From Flavobacteriales bacterium (GTDB taxonomy: Bacteria; Bacteroidota; Bacteroidia; Flavobacteriales_E; Vicingaceae): 32,915 bases of DNA. This document shows positions 16,473 through 24,897 of this stretch, piece by piece. The stretch is taken from contig JAESUI010000045.1 in NCBI GenBank assembly GCA_016763135.1, positions 1 to 32,915 on the forward strand, given 5' to 3'. Each line of letters opens with the position of its first letter. Position 1 is the stretch's first letter. The notes beneath the pieces were generated by a model that made no database searches, was not told the origin of the DNA, and saw only the letters and a list, made by a program, of their open reading frames with translations. Made by a program: the position numbers and the translations under genes.

Positions 16473-19001
16473 CTATGGATAAACATAAGTTGGTATATTT
16501 TCTAAAGTTGCATCAAGGATATGATTGGTTTTCATTTCACTTCCCTCTGCAATTACTTTATTGATGTCACCTGTTTTTAATGCCTCTTTTAGTGGTGTAT
16601 AAAGTTGAAATTTTCCATTATAAAAAAGGTAAAGATTATCGTCATCAGGAGATATAGCTACCAAGTGTATCCATCCTTTATCAAACCAATCATACATCTC
16701 TTGTGAAGATTTAATTATTTTTAAAATAATTTCAGGTTTCTGTTCTATCATCATTAATAATCTAACAGGATCATGATTTTCAATCATTTGCAACGGAAGT
16801 CCTGTACGAATATCACCATCACTACTGTTGGTTACTCCTATTAACCCTGTAACATTATGAGGGAGTTTTGTTCCTGCCCCCATTTTTTCAATGTCCATTC
16901 GTGAGAAATAATATTCTAAATTAATACCTCCACAAACATTTGGTAATGGTCCTAAAACCTGTTCTAATACTTTCCCGTCAGGATCTTTTTTGCAATCGTA
17001 GGATTGTAAAAAAGCTCTTCTATCTAAAAACAAACCTTTGGTACTCTCTCTCCTTCCAATATGACATAAAGCATTGGTTCCATGTCCTAATTCAGGTCTA
17101 GGTTCAAAATAAGAAACAGAGCGTTTTTTTATCTCATTTCTAATGTGTTTGATGTCTTTTTTAATGTTGATAGAAGCAAACCTTCTTGCTCTTTCTTTAG
17201 CGTTTAAATCGAGTGCCGTTTCAAATGTTTCTTGGTGTATTGAATGTGCTTTCTTATTCTCATTTGTTAATATTTCTTCATCATAAAAAGCCACTTCATC
17301 ACTAGCCGTATCATGCATTGCTGCAACAAATTGTGTTGTTTCTGGAATATTCAGTCCTTTTGTTTCTAAAGCAATTCTAACTGCTGGGTGATTTGCCATA
17401 AAAGCGAATACTCTAGCATTTACAGCTCCAGGTCTTCCGCTACAAGCTCCACAATCATGTGCTCCATGATGCGGATTGTTTGCACTACTACTACCATGAG
17501 CCACCACATATACTATTGAAGCAAAGTTTTCTGTTAAACCAATGCCTGTTAGCATAGATTCAACAATATCAATCATTTCAGAAATTTGATAACCTATCTG
17601 TAATCCATTCTCAATGTCTTTAGAGTCTTTATTTTCAATTAACAGTTTACCATTAATATCCATGTGAGAAAATGCATTGGAAATATCTGCTTGCATTTTT
17701 GGTCGAGCTAAATCTAACGTCATTTTTAAACCTGCCAACAACCCAATTGTAAACGTTGAAAGAATTCCTTGAAAAAAAGAATGTGTTTTTTTATTATGGA
17801 AAATTTCGTGCTTCCTAGTTTGTTTCATCTCAATTTCTTTGATAAGATGCTTTGGAGTTAGTGCAACAGGTGCATTTTTATCATAAAATTTACCACCAAA
17901 AGGTTGAAAATAAATAGCTGCACCATAATATCCTGGAGCACCTAATGTTTCACATTGTTTGTCCACATCCTCCAAATGTCTTCTGTAAGAACATTCTCTA
18001 TCATCCACACAAAACATAGCCTGAAAACTTACATCTGTACTTTTTGGTTTCTTTTTATTCTTAACAAGAAAGTCAACACCTGCAAGAACATCATCGTAGT
18101 AATCCCACTCAAAAGCTTCTTGCCATAATTGTAATATTTCTTCTAATTCAGTATGTTTAACCTTTGATAAATAATCAATCGGTTTTTTTGTAAAATCTTG
18201 AGCTAGAGGCTGCCATTTCTTACCCAACACATTATCAAGGGCATCAATTTCCAATAGCAGCTCAAGGAGTATTAAATCTTTAAATTGCACTTTCTTTTTA
18301 TAAAAAATGGTGTCAGGATTGTCTTCAATAACGCTAAACATCCCACTCCATCCTTTGTGTGAATATTGTTGGTCAAATAAATAATTAGAGTAATAATCGG
18401 GATTTCCAACCACTATTTTTAATAAACTTTCAATGGATAGATTTTCTGAGAACAGTAATTCTTTGGCTTTTTTTGTTTTGAAAAAACTACTAAAGCTGTT
18501 TTTTTCTAATAGCTTAATAGAATTGATAAGTCCTTCTTTTTCAAAAGGAAAATGCCAAATGGCTATTCCTTGGTCTAAAAAACTAGCTATAATTCTAAAC
18601 AACAAAGGTTGAACTAAATTATCGAGGTCTATTTTATATTGAATTTTCCATTGTTTTCTTAATTGACCAACTCTCGGATTATATTTATGCTCATAAGATG
18701 TATTGAGCATTTTATCCATATATGCTTTAACGTTTTTTTTTCCTTTACTTCTTTCAATAACCTGTTCAATAATTTCTTTTTTTATTCTGCTTTGTTGATG
18801 CAGTTTTCGATAATTATTGATATTAAAAGTTACATGAAATCCAAAAATTTCAGAAGCACTAAAAATGCCATCAAAAAATTCTTTATCTTGAAAAGAATGA
18901 AGAGAATTATGGTGTACAAAATCTTTTAAAGTAGCTTGTACTGGTAAGAAGTGTCTTAATTTTTTAAGACATTTATCTTCATTGAAAACGTGATTATTCA
19001 T
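16473..19001 (-). CDS. dabA: DabA: DUF2309-family inorganic-carbon transporter subunit
   Basis: 842 aa cytoplasmic protein paired with a NuoL-like gene. It has the beta-CA-like site MFCVDDRE (Cys331, Asp333, Arg335) and VVAHGSSSANNPHHGAHDCGACSGRPG (His502, Cys517). Confidence 0.85.
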   Translation of the reverse strand: MNNHVFNEDKCLKKLRHFLPVQATLKDFVHHNSLHSFQDKEFFDGIFSASEIFGFHVTFNINNYRKLHQQSRIKKEIIEQVIERSKGKKNVKAYMDKMLNTSYEHKYNPRVGQLRKQWKIQYKIDLDNLVQPLLFRIIASFLDQGIAIWHFPFEKEGLINSIKLLEKNSFSSFFKTKKAKELLFSENLSIESLLKIVVGNPDYYSNYLFDQQYSHKGWSGMFSVIEDNPDTIFYKKKVQFKDLILLELLLEIDALDNVLGKKWQPLAQDFTKKPIDYLSKVKHTELEEILQLWQEAFEWDYYDDVLAGVDFLVKNKKKPKSTDVSFQAMFCVDDRECSYRRHLEDVDKQCETLGAPGYYGAAIYFQPFGGKFYDKNAPVALTPKHLIKEIEMKQTRKHEIFHNKKTHSFFQGILSTFTIGLLAGLKMTLDLARPKMQADISNAFSHMDINGKLLIENKDSKDIENGLQIGYQISEMIDIVESMLTGIGLTENFASIVYVVAHGSSSANNPHHGAHDCGACSGRPGAVNARVFAFMANHPAVRIALETKGLNIPETTQFVAAMHDTASDEVAFYDEEILTNENKKAHSIHQETFETALDLNAKERARRFASINIKKDIKHIRNEIKKRSVSYFEPRPELGHGTNALCHIGRRESTKGLFLDRRAFLQSYDCKKDPDGKVLEQVLGPLPNVCGGINLEYYFSRMDIEKMGAGTKLPHNVTGLIGVTNSSDGDIRTGLPLQMIENHDPVRLLMMIEQKPEIILKIIKSSQEMYDWFDKGWIHLVAISPDDDNLYLFYNGKFQLYTPLKEALKTGDINKVIAEGSEMKTNHILDATLENIPTYVYP

Positions 19002-19075
19002 TAATTTACTTCTTGATTAGATTTATAACTTAGAAAGGGCTTAATAATTCAATCCCTTTTATTAAAGAAATAATC

Positions 19076-19420
19076 TCAAAGAGGTAAATTCAATCGACAA
19101 TAGAGTAAATAGTAAGGAATTTTTAATGTTGAAAGAAGATCATAACCTAGAAATGATCTGACTAATGTGACATCAAGATTATAAAGGTAACTATTTCGAG
19201 CACCAAGGATACTTTGAATAGGGTTACCACTCCCTGCACCATTGTTTTCGTCTGAAAAGGTTAAAAGGTCATTGCAGTAAGTATTTTCATTTTCTTCTAT
19301 TTCCTCTATGAATTCTAACGCATGACCATTTAGGTTAAGTTCAAGGGGGATTCGTTCTGGTGCTACTGCAACCAGAAGCATGAGAACATAAATTAAACAT
19401 ATTTTAGATAGACTTACCAT
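19076..19420 (-). CDS. hypothetical secreted/membrane-anchored protein
   Basis: 114 aa with an N-terminal hydrophobic signal-like segment (ICLIYVLMLLVAVA). I recognise no motif. It lies upstream of dabA on the same strand. Confidence 0.4.
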   Translation of the reverse strand: MVSLSKICLIYVLMLLVAVAPERIPLELNLNGHALEFIEEIEENENTYCNDLLTFSDENNGAGSGNPIQSILGARNSYLYNLDVTLVRSFLGYDLLSTLKIPYYLLYCRLNLPL

Positions 19421-19433
19421 ATAAATATTGAGG

Positions 19434-19441
19434 CAAATGTA
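19434..19441 (-). promoter_or_regulatory. possible -7 box (TAnnTTTG) for the 19420 / dab transcription unit
   Basis: The minus strand reads tacatttg, ending 13 nt upstream of the ATG at 19420. Confidence 0.3.
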
Positions 19442-19505
19442 TTGAATGTTTTAGAAATATTTGATTAATGCTACATTAATATTTAACATTTGTTATATTT
19501 GAAGA

Positions 19506-20198
19506 ATGAATATTTCTGAAAAATTTGACTTTAAAAGTGACCTTTTATATGAATCTCTCAATGATAGCGATATGAAATTGATTGAATCGACTTACGAAAG
19601 ATTAAGCTTTTCAAAAGGAGATAAGATTTTTTATGAGGATGGAATCCCAACTGGGATGTTCCAAATAGTTTCTGGACGAGTAAAAAAATTCAAGACAGTT
19701 TTAGATAAGCAACAGCAGATATTTTATGTCTATGGTAAAAATGATTTTTTCGGATATCACGCTCTTTTATCGAATGAGAGATATCAAGATTCCTGTGAAG
19801 CGATTGAAGATGTTGTAGTGAATTTTATTAGTGCTAAAAATTTTAAAATGTTATTAGACAAGCTCCCTATGTTGAAAGATGCGCTATTGGTAAATATTTC
19901 TCACGAGTTCGGTGTTTTAGCTAATGTTATTGGGATTCTAGCACAGAAGTCATTAATTGTAAGGTTGGGATTATTTTTATTGATATTGCATAAACGATTT
20001 AGGCTAAAGGAGAATTTAAAAAAAGGGATGAATTTTTCGCGCGAAGATTTGGCTAATATTATTGGTACTAGTCGAGAGAGTTTGTCACGGAGTTTAAATG
20101 AGTTAAAAACACTTGACCTTATTTTTGTTAAAGGTCGGTTTATTCAGATCAAAAGTGAAGATCGATTAGAAGAGTTTGTACTGAGTCACACAACATAG
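19506..20198 (+). CDS. Crp/Fnr-family transcriptional regulator
   Basis: cNMP-binding-like beta-roll (FSKGDKIFYEDGIPTGMFQIVSGRVK) and C-terminal HTH (FSREDLANIIGTSRESLSRSLNELK). It is divergent from the dab array. Confidence 0.88.
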   Translation: MNISEKFDFKSDLLYESLNDSDMKLIESTYERLSFSKGDKIFYEDGIPTGMFQIVSGRVKKFKTVLDKQQQIFYVYGKNDFFGYHALLSNERYQDSCEAIEDVVVNFISAKNFKMLLDKLPMLKDALLVNISHEFGVLANVIGILAQKSLIVRLGLFLLILHKRFRLKENLKKGMNFSREDLANIIGTSRESLSRSLNELKTLDLIFVKGRFIQIKSEDRLEEFVLSHTT

Positions 20199-20267
20199 TA
20201 TTTTCGGCTTAACCGATTCATTTTTGCAAAATGCAATAATTTATTTAAAGGTTTATAAAACAAAACG

Positions 20268-21794
20268 ATGAGAGTAAGAGATATATTTATCATTATATCC
20301 ATAATGTTACTGATTACAGTAGCAATAATTGCACAATATTATTTGCCTGTTTTATGGAGTTTAATTGTGATTGCTCCAATTGTATTGATTGGCTATGTTG
20401 ATATTTTTCAAAAAAAGCACACTATAAAAAAGAACTTTCCAGTAGTTGGACATTTCAGGTATATGCTAGAAGCAATTCGTCCAGAAATCATGCAATATTT
20501 TGTGGAAACAGATACTCAAGGAAGACCAATTAATAGGCAGTTTAGGTCCCTAATTTATCAAAGAGCAAAAAAAGTAAATGATACCGTTCCTTTCGGCACA
20601 CAAATGGATGTTTATCAGGCTGGTTACGAATGGTTAGATCATTCAATGTATGCAACATTAGATGATGAATTAGATAAAAACCCAAGAGTAACTGTAGGTG
20701 GTCAAGATTGCAAAAAACCTTATTCCGCAAGCATATTAAATATTTCGGCAATGAGTTATGGCTCGTTGAGTAAAAATGCAGTTTTAGCAATGAATGGAGG
20801 AGCTAAAAAAGGAAAATTTGCTCATAATACAGGGGAAGGATCAATTAGTCCTTTTCATTTAGAGCCAGGAGGGGATTTAATTTGGCAAATCGGAACTGGT
20901 TATTTTGGCTGTAGAAAAGAAGATGGTAGTTTTAGTGAAGGTCTTTTTGAAAAGAATGCAACATTAGAGAGTGTTAAAATGATTGAGATAAAACTTTCAC
21001 AAGGTGCAAAACCGGGACATGGAGGTATTTTGCCTGCTTCAAAAAATACTGAAGAAATTGCAAAAATAAGAGGTGTTAAGCCTCATACTGATGTACATTC
21101 ACCTCCTGGTCATTCTGCTTTTTCTAATGCTTCTGGCTTATTACGTTTTGTTAAAACTTTAAGAGAAAAATCAGGAGGAAAACCGATAGGTTTTAAATTG
21201 TGCGTGGGTAAAAAAGAAGAATTTATAGATATTTGTAAAGCAATGGTTTCATCTGGTATTAAACCCGATTTTATAACGGTTGATGGAGGTGAAGGAGGGA
21301 CAGGGGCAGCTCCAATAGAGTTTTCTAATTCTATAGGAATGCCTTTGAAAGATGGCCTTTCTTTTGTTTACAATACCTTGGTAGGATATGATTTAAAAAA
21401 AGATATTAAAATAATTGCTTCAGGTAAAGTTTTTAGTGGTTTTCATATTGCTCGAACTTTGGCTTTAGGAGCTGATATGGTAAATAGTGCCAGAGCAATG
21501 ATGATGGCAGTAGGTTGTATTCAAGCATTAGAATGTAATACTAACAAATGCCCAGTAGGTGTTGCGACACAGGCGAAATCATTGATGAAAGGCTTAAATG
21601 TAGAAAATAAAACGCAACGAGTAGCTAATTTTCATGAAGAAACAATACATAGTTTTGTAGAGTTGATTGCGGCAGCAGGAATTCAAAAATCATCTAATTT
21701 AGAGCGAAAACACATTAATCGAAGAGTTAGTATGAATTCAGTTTTAAAGTATGATGAAATATTTCCTTATACTGACAAAGGTAGTTTATTATAA
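20268..21794 (+). CDS. FMN-binding glutamate-synthase-related (GltS domain 2-like) protein with N-terminal TM helices
   Basis: Motifs ISAMSYGSLS, KLSQGAKPGHGGILP, ITVDGGEGGTGAAP and CNTNKCPVGVATQ. Confidence 0.88.
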   Translation: MRVRDIFIIISIMLLITVAIIAQYYLPVLWSLIVIAPIVLIGYVDIFQKKHTIKKNFPVVGHFRYMLEAIRPEIMQYFVETDTQGRPINRQFRSLIYQRAKKVNDTVPFGTQMDVYQAGYEWLDHSMYATLDDELDKNPRVTVGGQDCKKPYSASILNISAMSYGSLSKNAVLAMNGGAKKGKFAHNTGEGSISPFHLEPGGDLIWQIGTGYFGCRKEDGSFSEGLFEKNATLESVKMIEIKLSQGAKPGHGGILPASKNTEEIAKIRGVKPHTDVHSPPGHSAFSNASGLLRFVKTLREKSGGKPIGFKLCVGKKEEFIDICKAMVSSGIKPDFITVDGGEGGTGAAPIEFSNSIGMPLKDGLSFVYNTLVGYDLKKDIKIIASGKVFSGFHIARTLALGADMVNSARAMMMAVGCIQALECNTNKCPVGVATQAKSLMKGLNVENKTQRVANFHEETIHSFVELIAAAGIQKSSNLERKHINRRVSMNSVLKYDEIFPYTDKGSLL

Positions 21795-21795
21795 C

Positions 21796-22470
21796 ATGAA
21801 AATATTTAAGTATCAACAATGGCATTTACTTAGTTTAGTCATATTACTAACAATGCTTTTTAATATTGTTAGAATATACCCCAGTATTCTTGAAGGTTCT
21901 TTTTTAGGAATAAGTAGTTCGATGTGGTTTTTAGTAGGAATTTCTTCCCCAATTATACATCAATTGTATGTGCTTCTTATTTGGCGATTAGAATTATATT
22001 ATAAAAGTATCTCTAAATTATTTGGTGAAAATAGTTTTAGTTTTTACAAAACAGGATTCATAATCCTTATCTTTTCTCGATTAGTAAGCATTATCTTATT
22101 GGCAATATCCAACACTAAGACACTTACTATCGATGTATCTCTGTCATACTTAATAACAGGATTATTGGCTATTCCTGCTATCTACTTATTTTATTCCGTT
22201 AAGAAATATTTTGGAATGGATAGAGCTTTTGGAATAGATCATTTTGAACCTGAAGTAACAGCTAAATTACCTTTTGTTAAACGGGGAATATTCAAATATT
22301 CTTCTAATGGAATGTATATTTATGGTTTTTTCATTTTATGGATTCCTTGCCTAATCTTTCAATCAAAAGCTGCATTAATACTTGCTTTATTCAATCATAT
22401 TTACATTTGGGCACATTATTATTTTACAGAGTTACCCGACATAAAAATCATTTATAAAAAAAGGAAATAA
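21796..22470 (+). CDS. polytopic membrane protein, PEMT/ICMT-like methyltransferase family
   Basis: I chose the start at the ATG 1 nt after the upstream stop; the track ORF start at 21751 overlaps the previous gene. C-terminal GIFKYSSNGMYIYGFFILW and HIYIWAHYYFTE resemble the PEMT/ICMT core. Confidence 0.5.
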   Translation: MKIFKYQQWHLLSLVILLTMLFNIVRIYPSILEGSFLGISSSMWFLVGISSPIIHQLYVLLIWRLELYYKSISKLFGENSFSFYKTGFIILIFSRLVSIILLAISNTKTLTIDVSLSYLITGLLAIPAIYLFYSVKKYFGMDRAFGIDHFEPEVTAKLPFVKRGIFKYSSNGMYIYGFFILWIPCLIFQSKAALILALFNHIYIWAHYYFTELPDIKIIYKKRK

Positions 22471-22563
22471 AAGTTTGTTTTAAATAAAAATTTATGATGA
22501 TAATAATCATTTTATAAAAAGGAATATAGTCTCACCTTTATATTATAATTAAAGTTTATTTCT

Positions 22564-23325
22564 ATGAAAACTAATATAAATTATCAAATAAGTCAAAAGG
22601 AGTTTCATCTATTTGTTTCAAAAATATTTTTCAATTTAGTACAATCAAAGAAAGATGAAGATAGAAATTCTTTTAATGAACTATTGCTAAGTATTTTACC
22701 AGAAGTAAAAAAATATATAGTTAATAGATTAAAAAGAGCGATAAAAAAAGAAAAAATATCAGAAGGAAAGTACAAAGCTGAGGGTATTATAGATCAACTT
22801 TTTATTGAAGTTTATGAAAAAATAGAGGAAGTAAAACAAGAAGGAGACTTATACCTTTGGCTATTTAAAAAAACAGACGAGCTATTAAATGATATTTTGG
22901 TAGATGAGGAATTTGACCAACTTTTCTTTGAAAATATTGATAATTACTCCAAGCCTCAATGGGACGAGATGGAAGAACGATATAGTATTGATGGTGGAGG
23001 TGATTTAGTTTTAGAAGAAGATTTAGAAGACATCTCTTATAATAAAAGTAATTACAAATTAGCAGATGTTTTTATAGAAGAAAATGAAAAAGACCTGATA
23101 GATAAGTTAGATCATGAATTAAGTGAAAGGAAAATATCAAATAGTATTGATATGATTTTGCATCATCTTCCTCAGTTAATGCAGTCCATTTTTGAATTAT
23201 ACACTAACCATCAATTTGAATTTGAAGAAATTGCTGAAATAAAGAGCATTTCAACACAAGAAGTTGGTCAACTATTAGAAGATACAAGAAGAAGTATAAA
23301 ATTAAATTTTAATAGAAAATTATGA
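22564..23325 (+). CDS. sigma-70-like protein (region 2 / region 4-like) with a long acidic insert
   Basis: IIDQLFIEVYEKI...LYLWLFKKT is region 2-like. LPQLMQSIFELYTNHQFEFEEIAEIKSISTQEVGQLLEDTRRSIKLNF is a region 4-like HTH. An acidic ~90-aa linker separates them. Confidence 0.5.
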   Translation: MKTNINYQISQKEFHLFVSKIFFNLVQSKKDEDRNSFNELLLSILPEVKKYIVNRLKRAIKKEKISEGKYKAEGIIDQLFIEVYEKIEEVKQEGDLYLWLFKKTDELLNDILVDEEFDQLFFENIDNYSKPQWDEMEERYSIDGGGDLVLEEDLEDISYNKSNYKLADVFIEENEKDLIDKLDHELSERKISNSIDMILHHLPQLMQSIFELYTNHQFEFEEIAEIKSISTQEVGQLLEDTRRSIKLNFNRKL

Positions 23326-23714
23326 TAGAACAACTTAAAATATCAGAAAAAAATGTTTTAGCAATAGAGGTAATAGATGCTTTTACTGAAACAGATGAAC
23401 GGTATTGTCAAAAATTATTTGAACAAAAAAGAGAACAAGGATTTGAGCAGGTTAATGTTTTGGTTAAATTGGATGAAATAAAAATTTCTAAAACAAGTAT
23501 CAAAGTATTTTTTGAAGATATGGTTTGGGTACTTAGAAATTATAAACATTTAGGTCATTTGGCTATTGTAGCTCATTCAAATATTCTAAAAGTATTAGTT
23601 CCTATTGATAATCTATTTTTTGCACGAGCAAGTAAAGAAAGAGAAGAACGTTACTTTGATATTTCTCAAATAGAAGAAACTTTTAATTTTGTTAATGAAA
23701 CTTCTAAAAATTAA
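23322..23714 (+). CDS. STAS / SpoIIAA-like (DUF3478-type) protein
   Basis: 130 aa. Its ATG overlaps the upstream stop (ATGA). The pattern LAIEVIDAFTETD...VNVLVKLDEI...HLGHLAIVAHS is typical of SpoIIAA-like proteins. The assignment is from memory. Confidence 0.5.
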   Translation: MIEQLKISEKNVLAIEVIDAFTETDERYCQKLFEQKREQGFEQVNVLVKLDEIKISKTSIKVFFEDMVWVLRNYKHLGHLAIVAHSNILKVLVPIDNLFFARASKEREERYFDISQIEETFNFVNETSKN

Positions 23715-23726
23715 ATATAAAAATTG

Positions 23727-24190
23727 ATGGAAAATTATTTTTTAAAACTAACCGATACAGAAAAAGAAATATTGTTTCAAACACCTGTTTATGTGAGTCT
23801 TTTAGTCGCTTTAGAAGATGGAAAATAAGTAAAAAAGAAATGAGAGATGCTACTTCGTTAGTTCATTTTAGAGCCTTTACTTCAAATTCTATATTACATG
23901 ATTATTATAAGGCAGCAGAAATTCATTTTAATGACCATTTAAAGGAGCAAGAAATGGAATTGCCAGAAAATATTGAAGAAGCTAGAGAATTACTTCATAA
24001 TAAATTAAATGAAGTAAACAATGTCTTAGCTAAAATGAATAAAGAATTTACTATGGAGCTTAAACAGAGTTTACATTCTTTTGCGAACCATATTGTTAAC
24101 GTAAATTCTTCATGGATAAAATCACTCCCTCTTTTTATTGACCCTTTACTAGAAATTAAAGATAAGACTAGTTCAGAAAAATTGTTTTAG
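23727..24190 (+). pseudogene. TerB-like/hypothetical protein split by a 1-nt frameshift in an A-run
   Basis: ORF 23727..23828 (MENYFLKLTDTEKEILFQTPVYVSLLVALEDGK*) continues in the -1 frame as ISKKEMRDATSLVHFRAF... (track ORF 23840..24190). The join EDGK|ISKKEM lies at A4 run 23822-23825. Confidence 0.55.
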
Positions 24191-24312
24191 AAAACAGTTT
24201 TTCAAAAAATGAAAAGAGGAATAACGAAATTATTAAATACATTCTGACTCAGAATCTAGCTTTTGCAGAGATAGATTTTAAGTCTATCATTATAAACCTA
24301 AAACAAAAAAAT

Positions 24313-24795
24313 ATGAGTTCAAAAATAGCAGTGTATGACACACACGAAAAAGCAGTAAAAGCGATAAAGGCATTAGTTGATAATGGAATTTCTACTAAAC
24401 AGATTTCATTAATAGCTAAAGCGGAGGTAACGAATAATCATGTTCACCATATAAATAACAGAACTATTGAAGAATCAACGGCATTTATTGGAATGGGAGC
24501 TGGAGTATTAGCAGGTTTATTATCTGGAATAGGCGTTTTTGCAATTCCTGGATTTGGATTTTTATATGGAGCAGGGGCTGTAGTTGGAGTTCTTGGTGGT
24601 TTTGATTTAGGAATAATGGCTGGAGGATTAGGAGCATTAGCTGAAGTAATAGGGTTTAAAGATGAAAAGATAGGTGATTATGAAAAACACCTTAATAAAG
24701 GAAGTTATTTCGTAATATTTAAAGGATCTTCAGATGATGTTGATAGAGCTGAAAAAATATTAGGTTCAGAAGGGTCTCATTTCATGTTGGATTAA
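24313..24795 (+). CDS. general-stress-like protein with central glycine-zipper membrane segment
   Basis: The soluble N- and C-terminal halves look similar (VYDTHEKAVKAIKAL / FKGSSDDVDRAEKIL). They flank GMGAGVLAGLLSGIGVFAIPGFGFLYGAGAVVGVLGGFDLGIMAGGLGAL. Confidence 0.6.
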   Translation: MSSKIAVYDTHEKAVKAIKALVDNGISTKQISLIAKAEVTNNHVHHINNRTIEESTAFIGMGAGVLAGLLSGIGVFAIPGFGFLYGAGAVVGVLGGFDLGIMAGGLGALAEVIGFKDEKIGDYEKHLNKGSYFVIFKGSSDDVDRAEKILGSEGSHFMLD

Positions 24796-24811
24796 TGATT
24801 TACATTTATTG

Positions 24812-24851
24812 AAGTCTGATTTCAGTTGAAACTGAAATCAGACTTTTTTAT
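24812..24851 (+). terminator. rho-independent terminator
   Basis: Perfect 15-bp stem aagtctgatttcagt (24812-24826) / actgaaatcagactt (24831-24845), 4-nt loop tgaa, then a T-run. Confidence 0.85.
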
Positions 24852-24897
24852 TATAAATTAGATGGTTTAATAATTCTTTCAATTAATTAAATTATAA

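Noticed and set aside
19034-19059. Hairpin aaaggg-N14-cccttt between the hypothetical gene and dabA as a terminator
   Set aside because: The stem is only 6 bp with a 14-nt loop, and no T-run follows on the transcribed (minus) strand. That is not enough to argue that dabA is a separate transcription unit.
19013-19467. Shared heptamer ttgatta (19013-19019 and 19461-19467) as a half FNR/Crp box in both dab-side intergenic regions
   Set aside because: No matching inverted half-site (atcaa) occurs at the right spacing. A 7-mer of this composition is expected by chance in AT-rich DNA.
20203-20225. Hairpin tcgg-cttaa-ccga followed by ttcattttt after the crp-family gene
   Set aside because: The stem is only 4 bp, too weak to call a terminator.
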